Shown: positions 11,992 through 20,018 of the stretch, piece after piece | How positions within the stretch are numbered: position 1 is the stretch's first letter | Layout: each line of letters starts with the position of its first letter | Notes under the pieces: model-generated | What the model saw: the letters and a program-made list of their open reading frames with translations, nothing else | Databases searched by the model: none | What the model was told of the DNA's origin: nothing | Translations under genes and position numbers: made by a program | Assembly (NCBI GenBank): GCA_026023565.1 | Contig: JAPETS010000056.1 | Coordinates: 124,001-144,018 of the forward strand | DNA: 20,018 nucleotides | Reading direction: 5' to 3' | DNA from: Cirrosporium novae-zelandiae | Lineage: Eukaryota

Positions 11992-13218
11992 ATGGCAATC
12001 CTCGATAGTTTGGCTTGCCTCTTGGTTCTTTTCGGAGCCTTGGTTAATGGTACTGCAACACATGTTGACCATCATCCTTCTCGAGTCGTGAAGCGAGCTA
12101 GCACTTGCACACCGTCTTCAGCACAGAACGCGGGAACCGACGATGTTGCTGCAATCGAGTCAGCCTTCTCCAAGTGCGGTGACGGTGGAGTCATTGTTAT
12201 TCCTTCAGGCATAACCTATGCCATTCGAAGTACTTTGGACTTCACCGGTTGCTCCAACTGTGACTTCCAGATCGAAGGCACGCTCAAAGTCTCGGACGAT
12301 ATCGATTACTGGGATGGTGTCACCGCCATATTTTCCGTGTCTGGCATAACCAAAGCCAAAATTCGTTCTCTGACTGGCTCCGGAGTCATCGATGGCAACG
12401 GTCAGGACTTCTGGGACGAGTTCGCCACAAACAGTGACTTTGATCGCCCAACACTCTTTTACATCACCAAGTCCTCCGGTATCACCGTTGAAAACCTTTA
12501 TTTCAAAAACGCGCCCAACGTATTCCACTCCGCCGTGGGCAGTTCTACCAACATCGTCTACAAAGACATCACCTTGAAGGCGACATCAAAAAGCGACAAC
12601 GACCCTAAAAACACGGATGGCTGGGACATTGGTCCAGCTTCCTATGTAACCATCACCAATGCCACAGTCACAAACGACGATGACTGCGTAGCTTTCAAGC
12701 CCGGTGCCAATTATGTGACTGTCGATACCATCACCTGTAAAGGCTCTCATGGTCTCAGCGTTGGTAGTTTAGGCAAGACAAACACTGACACTGTCAAAAA
12801 TATCTACGTGACGAATGCAAAGATGATTGATTCTACCAAAGCTGTCGGCATAAAACTCTACCCCGGCGGATCTTCTCACGGCACCGGCGTCGTCTCAAAT
12901 GTCACCTGGGACGGTGTTGTCGTCTCTGGTTGCGATTATGCCGCCCAGATTCAGAGCTGCTATGGTGAGGACTCTGACTACTGTTCTTCATACCCATCCA
13001 CTGCTACAGTTACGGATGTTTATTTCAAGGACTTTAGCGGCACCACAAGCAGCAAATATGAGCCTGTTATTGCCAATATCGATTGTCCGGCTGATGGAAC
13101 CTGTGATGTGTACTTTGAGGATTGGACTGTAAAGCCGCCGAGCGGAACAGCGGAATATCTCTGTGCCAATATTGATAGTACGCCAGGAATAACATGTACC
13201 GATGGAGCATCCGGGTAG
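11992..13218 (+). CDS. xghA: Secreted GH28 endo-xylogalacturonan hydrolase, 408 aa, intronless
   Basis: ATG 11992 starts signal peptide MAILDSLACLLVLFGALVNG, with a KR propeptide site. GH28 motifs NTDG, NDDDC, GSHG and GIK (in place of RIK). RSLTGSGVIDGNGQD, QIQSCYGED and the C-terminal CTDGASG closely resemble Aspergillus XghA as recalled. Confidence 0.9.
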   Translation: MAILDSLACLLVLFGALVNGTATHVDHHPSRVVKRASTCTPSSAQNAGTDDVAAIESAFSKCGDGGVIVIPSGITYAIRSTLDFTGCSNCDFQIEGTLKVSDDIDYWDGVTAIFSVSGITKAKIRSLTGSGVIDGNGQDFWDEFATNSDFDRPTLFYITKSSGITVENLYFKNAPNVFHSAVGSSTNIVYKDITLKATSKSDNDPKNTDGWDIGPASYVTITNATVTNDDDCVAFKPGANYVTVDTITCKGSHGLSVGSLGKTNTDTVKNIYVTNAKMIDSTKAVGIKLYPGGSSHGTGVVSNVTWDGVVVSGCDYAAQIQSCYGEDSDYCSSYPSTATVTDVYFKDFSGTTSSKYEPVIANIDCPADGTCDVYFEDWTVKPPSGTAEYLCANIDSTPGITCTDGASG

Positions 13219-13603
13219 GAGTAAGAGAAGGCTATGTTGGGGATATAGAATGATCCATTTAGCCCTTTTGAAAATATGGATCTTATTCTACATTGTGACT
13301 TTAATATATTAAGTACCTATGGTTTAATTATCTTTGGTTTCTAATCAAATGATTGAACCGTACGTAGGATCTATTCAATCCTAGGGACTATTGGTATTGG
13401 CAAGGTAGACTATAAAATAAATTCACAGATAAAGCCTAACTATGTCGAGGCCCACTTTTCCCATTGTTTCTTTCCTCGTTTAGATTTTGCCCATCTACTC
13501 AAACGGGTTATCCCTTCGTAATGTAAATGGTGAGATAGGTGATCTACCCAAACGTTAGTAAAACTAGCAACAGGTGTTATCTCCGACGGACCTTGCTTAC
13601 TGT

Positions 13604-13858
13604 TTAGACGCACGGAGGCCTACCACAATTTCGATTGACTCGTTGTCGAACATGATAAATTGGAGCTGGAACCTTGCAGAATACGGCAAGGGCAGTTGCG
13701 TTATGCCCCCCTCCACATCGAAAAGGATAGATTTTATAAATATGGCCGCAGTTCCCATAGGCGAAATACTTGCCGCAGCCACATTGGGTAATGGGGTTGA
13801 TGTAAAGGTTATTATAGATAGCGAAAGCAAGTTGTCTTGGGGAAACTTGATCTGCCAT
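13604..13858 (-). CDS. Small (84 aa) Cys/His-rich hypothetical protein, possibly zinc-binding
   Basis: ATG 13858 in good context (A at -3, G at +4): MADQVSPRQLAFAIYNNLYINPITQCGCGKYFAYGNCGHIYKIYPFRCGGGHNATALAVFCKVPAPIYHVRQRVNRNCGRPPCV. 7 Cys, a CGH motif, no signal peptide; more GC-rich than its flanks. Confidence 0.6.
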   Translation of the reverse strand: MADQVSPRQLAFAIYNNLYINPITQCGCGKYFAYGNCGHIYKIYPFRCGGGHNATALAVFCKVPAPIYHVRQRVNRNCGRPPCV

Positions 13859-14831
13859 CCTGCAAGAAACAATAGTTGGTCGTAGAGATGAAAAAGACCA
13901 ATCGTTGTAAAACCTTTCGATTGTGTAAGAGGTGATGAAGAAGGCGAAAGCAAATGAAAAATGTTTTGTTGGTTGAGTATAGGTCAATAGAAATGATTTT
14001 TTATCTCAAATGGTGGTAACCTTTTATATACACCTTCTTTCTTATCTCCAATGTATTTATTGTGAGTCAAACCGCCAGCTTGAATCAAATTGCTTGATTC
14101 AAATGCATGGATGTTGATTGGAATAAAGCCAGAAGTTGAAATATTTATGTCATTGGTGTTAGATAGACGCTCAAACCTATGGTGTTTGGATAAATATAAC
14201 AAGCATTAGAATAAGATTTTTAGTATGATTTATTTACTAAGAGTTGACCTGTTTGACTCTAAGACTCTTGAAATTGTTCTATGATGAAATCTTTCTTGAG
14301 ACTTCTTTGTTGCTTCTGAAGCCGTATGTACTCACTGTCTAGCCTTTATCCAACAAGCCCTAAACAAGCCCTAGAAAATTCTAGAGTGTGACTAGAATAA
14401 ATTAGTAGATGCCTTAACCTAATCGAAGGCTTAGACCTCAGGCTAGTTTTGGAAGAGCTTAATATGTATTACAAGTAGATGATATGACTTTCTTTGTATT
14501 GCTTTGTGGTGCTTTATCCTATGTAAAGTAATACTATAAGACGCTTCGGAACTGGTTAGATATATTAAGAGCGGATGAGATTAGCTAACAAACAAAACAA
14601 AGAATAAAATTATCTATTCAAAAGTTAGTTCCTATGTAGTGTAGTAAATAATTGGCTCGAAGCCTTTAATGCCTTAAAACAGAAAAATAATTCTATTAGA
14701 ACAAAGAGTTAACAGCAGCTTTGTTGATATGAAGAATATCTTCTCTGATGGTTATAAGCTTCTAGACAATGTTCAACACATAAGATTCCAACCGGAAAGA
14801 AGTATCTGATATCTTCATAAGGACTGCCGAA

Positions 14832-15998
14832 ATGATTGACCCAAAATTCCGGTTTGCGACTGAATCTGGAGCGTTAAGCCCTGAAGGCCCTCATACTTGG
14901 GTGGTCCTTGATTATGATCAGCGACGTCGGTACCTATTAACTGGATCCGCAGAGATATTCCCCGAACACGATTACACAAAGGCTCCAGAAATTCTTGCTA
15001 AATATATCAACCGTCTTGAACCTGAGGTGCGTTCATTGAATATTTCTGATGATGGTGCGCTTGAAAATACCTCAACCGATGATACAAATGGCTTGCTTGA
15101 AAGCCCTATCTATTATCCTCATTATTCTGGAGAGGACGGCCATATTTTAGAGAGGTCCCAGCTCATAGAGCTTGACCGACTCGCCTCGGGAATTGATCTT
15201 GTGCGCGCTAAGGGCAAACTCGTGGCGTTTAAATACGCTCTCACCAGTCCGTCTGTGATGAGAGTATGGAATGAGATGCATATTATAAAAGCGCTAAAGG
15301 GACATTCATCTTTTGTTCCTTTTCAACAAGCTATAATTGATGAGGTGGAACCTAGGCTCTTAGGGTTCACAACCTTGTTTATGCCCGCTGGAACTCTGCA
15401 AGACAACGAAACCATACCTTTTCATTTCCACTGGCTGCACCAACTCACCTCGGCTGTCGATGACTTGAATCTGAGATTCGGAATCATGCACCGAGACATC
15501 GTCCCAAGAAATGTGGCTATTGACCTAGGGAAAACAAAGCGAGCAGTTCCGAATCTAAAGATTTTTGATTTCAACATCGCCCACCAAATTGGGGTCCTAC
15601 CCGAAGAAAACTCCTTGGACGATATTGATGGGGTGGTTTTGACCGTTTACGAAGCATTAACTCGGGACACCAGGTGCCAAGACATTACAGATAAGAAACC
15701 ATTTATTAAGGAAATAGAAGGTCTAACTCGCTGGAAATCGAAGGCTTCAATCGAATATGGCTTCGGTGGAGTTGCAGGATATCGACGCTTCTTAAGCAAA
15801 TGGGCTATCAATCGGAGAAACATTAGAAGAATTACACATTACTCTCAGGCAACAGAACCTATTGACTGGCCTAAATTTCTCCACTTGAACAAGGTTCCTG
15901 TTGAGAAGTGGCCAACACGCATCATTCCTTGGGAGAGAGAGCCGGCAGCTCAATTGGCTACTTTGGACCGTGGGTCTAACACTGGTCTGAGTGAATAG
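14832..15998 (+). CDS. Atypical fungal protein kinase-like protein, 388 aa, intronless
   Basis: VAFK (subdomain II Lys), WNE (helix C Glu), catalytic loop HRDIVPRN and IFDFN (DFG variant); no Gly-rich loop or APE motif visible. Confidence 0.85.
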   Translation: MIDPKFRFATESGALSPEGPHTWVVLDYDQRRRYLLTGSAEIFPEHDYTKAPEILAKYINRLEPEVRSLNISDDGALENTSTDDTNGLLESPIYYPHYSGEDGHILERSQLIELDRLASGIDLVRAKGKLVAFKYALTSPSVMRVWNEMHIIKALKGHSSFVPFQQAIIDEVEPRLLGFTTLFMPAGTLQDNETIPFHFHWLHQLTSAVDDLNLRFGIMHRDIVPRNVAIDLGKTKRAVPNLKIFDFNIAHQIGVLPEENSLDDIDGVVLTVYEALTRDTRCQDITDKKPFIKEIEGLTRWKSKASIEYGFGGVAGYRRFLSKWAINRRNIRRITHYSQATEPIDWPKFLHLNKVPVEKWPTRIIPWEREPAAQLATLDRGSNTGLSE

Positions 15999-16904
15999 AA
16001 ATTTCTTCAAATGGGAAGCTTTTCCTTTTAATCTTTGACTAATGGTAGTTGATTAGGAAACGTTGACGAAACCCAAAATAAAGGAGGCAGAAAGTACAAA
16101 ATTTTGAACTTATTTATGCTGATGCTAGAAGGAAACGAGCGACTGAATTGGGGTTTCTGAGTATTAATGTAACTGGATGATTTCTAAAATTAATTGGCAA
16201 ACGCGTTTGTTATTTTGAAATTTAATAACATAACTTTCCTTCTGGCCCCTTTAAGAGTGATGGCTCTTATTACCTTTAAAGGCTTATGCGGCTTCTGACC
16301 AGTATACCTAGCATTTCGAACGAGATAACCTGCATTCCAGGTATGACAGGAAGACGATAGATGCAAGATATAGAAATGAAGGTTGTAGCTTTCATAATCA
16401 CCAACCCCAATGATATTGGATCAAGAACAACCTTGATTGAGCAGGTCTACAATCTTGGGATGAGGTTTGGTGTGAGTGGTATTCTTAGGAAATGATAATT
16501 GTAAAGAGAAAGCCTCAATAGCTATGAACAAATTCTGACTATTGTGAGTAGACTCGAATGTAAGTAAAGTTTGAATTTTTTTTTAAGAAAAAATAATAGA
16601 ATAAAACCAGTAATAGTCACAACGGAAGAAAAATCTAAATTAACTAGTCTTAGGACATACATCTCTGGCTGGTAGAGTGAATTTATAATGAAGTTAAGTT
16701 TAAGATACTGACCGTTAACGCCACACCGCTAGAGTCAACGTTCGGAGAGGAATCAAGAAAATATAATTGGATAGGCCTTGAATGTCCTAAAGAACTTTAA
16801 GCTCAACTGTAAAACTTCCCTGCAGGATGAGCATAAAGCCAGACGTCGCTAGTTTGTCACTTGCTCGATCCTCAAACATATTCGATGGAGGTAACAGAAG
16901 CGTC

Positions 16905-17290
16905 TATTTGAAGCATCACGATAATATAATTATTATATTCTGACCGATGATTAAAGCAAAATTACTAGCATTATTAATCCACAATCAACACGTTTCATTC
17001 TAGCCTGCAAGGCATTTGGGCCCTCAGTGATTGTGGATTTCAGTGCATTGATGGAAGATGAATTGGCAGTTATTAACGACCATATAATCATTTCTCAGCT
17101 GCTAGACTAGGCGACAAATGTGCTGCTGGCCGCTTGGTTGAAACTGCAGCGTTAAGTGATGGAGCTCCCTAATTTCATTTTGACATGATAAGTAGTGCAA
17201 CTTGGGAAGATGGGGCTGAGTAACCTGGGCTTGCTGATCGCATCTGGTGTTCATAAAACAAAGATCTAGGAATAGTGGAAAGCAGATAGG
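16905..17290 (+). pseudogene. Decayed fragment of a fungal APH/choline-kinase-like phosphotransferase gene
   Basis: YLKHHDN, frameshift, YILTDD*SKITSIINPQSTRFILACKAFGPS, then FHFD in another frame. Resembles the recalled family motif FLKHVDDKGDHILVDDxxxITGIIDWQxARxVPAxEAFGPS; several stops and frameshifts. Confidence 0.55.
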
Positions 17291-18233
17291 CCGTTCAGAT
17301 CTGCTAGAGACCTAAGGCTTTTGATACAAGAGCAGACATAAATACTAATGACGCTGGTCATGTAAGATCTTGAGTATAATAGACTAGCTATTTCCATTTA
17401 TAACTATTGCCTTTGCAAGCCTTTCCGTAGACTTCCTTATAATATGTATACTCTACAAGCCCAGGCACTGTGGTTAGTTGAGAACTAGATCACACGAAGC
17501 CTCTTTCATCTCAAATGTGGCTTCTAGCAGGGAGATCTCCATGTCGATGTTCCGGAATATTCCGTTCTAAGATTAGATAATAGATGGCATATTTTTCATA
17601 GATTTAATGCTACAGTACATCCCTCCACGGAAAAGAAAACGTTGCGAGGTATCTACAAACTACCATCCAAATCAAGGCAATACCTTCACAGTAGTAGACT
17701 ATATAGTACCTATCCTGGCTGCACTCCCGACAACACCAATAATCCGAACGACCCTTACAAGTCTCTGTGTTGGGTTTCTTATGGAGGATAGCTCTGCTCT
17801 CCACAGAAGAATAGTGCTGGCAATAAGTGCCGTAACGAGCCTTCAGCTAAGTACGAAGTTCCATAATACAGTATTACTATCTAGCCATGGTACAAGATGC
17901 TGCCTTAACTCCAGCACTAAAATAATAATTTAGTGCTTGCTTCTCTGCTGTCGGGGGCTAAGCTGGGGTGGCTGATCTTAGCTGTCCATGTAGGAATGCC
18001 ATGTCGCATCCTGAACTCGACGTCAGGTCATTTGTAGCTGACCTCAATTATTTATTGGTGACGGACCAACTTGTGTGGTATTTGGCAGATGATTTTATGT
18101 GAACTGATGGAAATGAATGTGTAGTTCATTTCGAATTTCAATCTGCACACTTTCGATCCATACACAACCATTCCGATTCTGCCATTTTATCCTACCCCCC
18201 CAAGACCTAAAGTCCTCTCTCAGGAACTCCCGA

Positions 18234-18250
18234 GAAAAATAAAATAAAAA
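18234..18250 (-). terminator. Pol III oligo(dT) terminator of the 5S gene
   Basis: Plus-strand A-runs (AAAAATAAAATAAAAA) abut the 5S 3' end, giving T-runs on the transcribed strand. Confidence 0.8.
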
Positions 18251-18369
18251 ACATACAACAGTCGGGATTCGCTGGTCGTCACCGACCCAACTACTAACCG
18301 GCCGGTCTGGAAGTTATGTATGGCAGAGCGGACGGGATGCCCAGTTCTTTCCAGCCTATGGTCGTATGT
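18251..18369 (-). rRNA. 5S rRNA: Dispersed 5S rRNA gene (119 nt)
   Basis: Minus strand reads ACATACGACCATAGGCTGGAAAGAACTGGGCATCCCGTCCGCTCTGCCATACATAACTTCCAGACCGGCCGGTTAGTAGTTGGGTCGGTGACGACCAGCGAATCCCGACTGTTGTATGT, with terminal stem ACATACGAC/GTTGTATGT. TTATA element about 24-28 nt upstream; oligo-T directly downstream. Confidence 0.96.
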
Positions 18370-19388
18370 ATCCTAATGTGTGAGTAGTAAGGTATAAGAC
18401 TGAGAGAGTGACAGGTATGAAGGTAGGCTCGAAGCGACTGGCAACCTTGCCGAAGAGGCCAGACGTTACTTATTTGAATACACATAACAACCGGAAAAAC
18501 ATATTGAAGGTTAATAGATCTCTTTGCATCGATTAATTAGAGACTCAGTTTCGATCCAAACGATATTTTCTTTGTCCAAGTACTTTTACATGGCTATGTC
18601 TCGTAAAAGGCATATGCTCAAATCCTTGCTATCATGTCTACTGAATGGCAATCCCCACATCACCCCGCGTTGAACATTAGTTGATTATCCCTAGCATCGA
18701 GTCTCCTGAGTGTGGGGGGTTTGGGGAGATCCAGCCTTACTTGGTATAGAATATACCCCATATCGTTAGACTGTTTATTTAGATAGTACGCTAAGTTTTT
18801 TATGGTAACATTACATCATAAGCTAAAGTTATCAGCGAGACCTTTTATTTGAGTATTGTCATAATACTACGCTTGTTCTTTCCAACTCGAGAGTTTTATA
18901 ACAGGTTTTTGCTACGGAATACTATGTACCAATCAGATCAGACTGTCTCGGCATAGCAGTACGACTTCACTTCCTCAAACTAAGTAAGTCCACCACCAAT
19001 CTCTTGACAATATTCCCGAAGTGCTACCACAAGCTAGCGACAATGAATCCCTAGTTCTCTAGTTCTCCATCAGACTTTCCATGAATTACCTAAATTCCAC
19101 ATCCCCGCCCTTTAGTATGGACACTCACGTTAGAAAGTCTACCCGGGATATCTTGACATTATCTCGCCATGCAGAAATCACCATACCGAATAGTGGATAT
19201 GTACGAGCTTGAAACCGGCTCACGCGCCATGATCTCTCTTTCTATCTATTACTTATTGTGCTGTAAAAGCTGTTACCACCTGATAGACATTTCTATACTC
19301 TCGCATTCTGTAAGTATCCTCAAAGAAATAAGTTGCATAATAAATTAGGACTGTTTTTTATTATATTGTGGTCTTCATCAGACTTGCT

Positions 19389-19892
19389 ATGCATTCAGTC
19401 TCGATTCTAGTTGCCTTTGCTGTGGTTACGCAACTCTATCATGTGGATGCCCAGGTAGTGTATGCCCCGGTAAATGGTACTACCACTCGTCCATGCTCGT
19501 CCTATGCGTCAGCGAAACCTACCTATGTCTTTTCTTCATTCGGTTGGACAGTTACAGAGACTGTTAGAACAGCCACATCCGTGTCTGCGCCAACCGGACC
19601 TGCTCAAACCTACGCTCATTCGTATGACCAACTCAGCCACCCTGTTCCAAACATCAGCACGACCACATGGGGTAGCTTTTTCCCAAACAATACCCCCAGT
19701 GCGCCAACGGACACCGCGGACCCGTATGGACAAGCAGCATGGACAGCACTCTGGCAACGAGCAGACATAAAGAACTTTACATCTATTGGCCTATACACCA
19801 CAACTGTTAGTCCTACGCCTGTCCCAAAAACTGACCTAGTATTGCCACCAAGAGATTACTTTGGACCAACTGATTGCTATAACTTTCTTGAT
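19389..19892 (+). pseudogene. 5' fragment (168 codons) of a secreted GH1 beta-glucosidase-like gene, truncated by the telomere
   Basis: ATG 19389; signal peptide MHSVSILVAFAVVTQLYHVDA-Q; then TTTWGS, DPYGQAAWTALW and GLYTTTVSPTPVPKTDLVLPPRDYFGPTDCYNFLDG. This matches the N-terminal extension of fungal secreted GH1 proteins as recalled, ending where the barrel motif FPxxFxFGxA would start. Absent from the ORF track, probably because it has no stop codon. Confidence 0.8.
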
Positions 19893-20018
19893 GGGTTAGG
19901 GTTAGGGTTAGGGTTAGGGTTAGGGTTAGGGTTAGGGTTAGGGTTAGGGTTAGGGTTAGGGTTAGGGTTAGGGTTAGGGTTAGGGTTAGGGTTAGGGTTA
20001 GGGTTAGGGTTAGGGTTA
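19893..20018 (+). repeat. Telomere, (GGGTTA)21 = TTAGGG-type tract with the G-rich strand running 5'->3' to the end
   Basis: 126 nt of perfect hexamer repeat reaching the end of the window, in the orientation expected for a right chromosome end. Confidence 0.97.

Noticed and set aside
16280..16500. Protein-like translation with stops (YWIKNNLD*AGLQSWDEVWCEWYS)
   Set aside because: No recognisable family, so a pseudogene call is unsupported.
17913..17937. 9-bp hairpin AGCACTAAA/TTTAGTGCT
   Set aside because: Plausible by chance in 20 kb of AT-rich DNA; no target-site duplication or element context.
18294..18485. 63-aa minus-strand ORF
   Set aside because: Runs over the 5S rRNA gene; spurious.
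19474..19801. Three short track ORFs near the telomere
   Set aside because: Off-frame or antisense to the truncated GH1 frame starting at 19389.
1..20018. tRNA genes, CRISPR arrays, intact transposons, telomere-linked helicase
   Set aside because: None seen by eye: no cloverleaf or T-loop in context, no spaced repeats, no transposase, reverse transcriptase or RecQ motifs.

Overview
The last 20 kb of a filamentous ascomycete chromosome arm (short GT-AG introns, TTAGGG telomere). Bases 1-9.6 kb hold four conserved housekeeping genes: the SAC1 3' end, MET7-type folylpolyglutamate synthase, mitochondrial EF-G1 (MEF1) and SWC3 with a 34-Gln tract. An accessory zone follows: a divergent pectin methylesterase / endo-xylogalacturonan hydrolase pair, a small Cys/His-rich ORF, an atypical kinase, decayed RIP-like relics and a dispersed 5S rRNA gene. 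The most striking feature is at the end, where a secreted GH1 beta-glucosidase-like CDS is cut after 168 codons and joined directly, in frame and with no stop codon, to (GGGTTA)21. This looks like de novo telomere healing inside a gene. Family assignments come from recalled motifs, not database searches. I found no clearly new multi-gene system.
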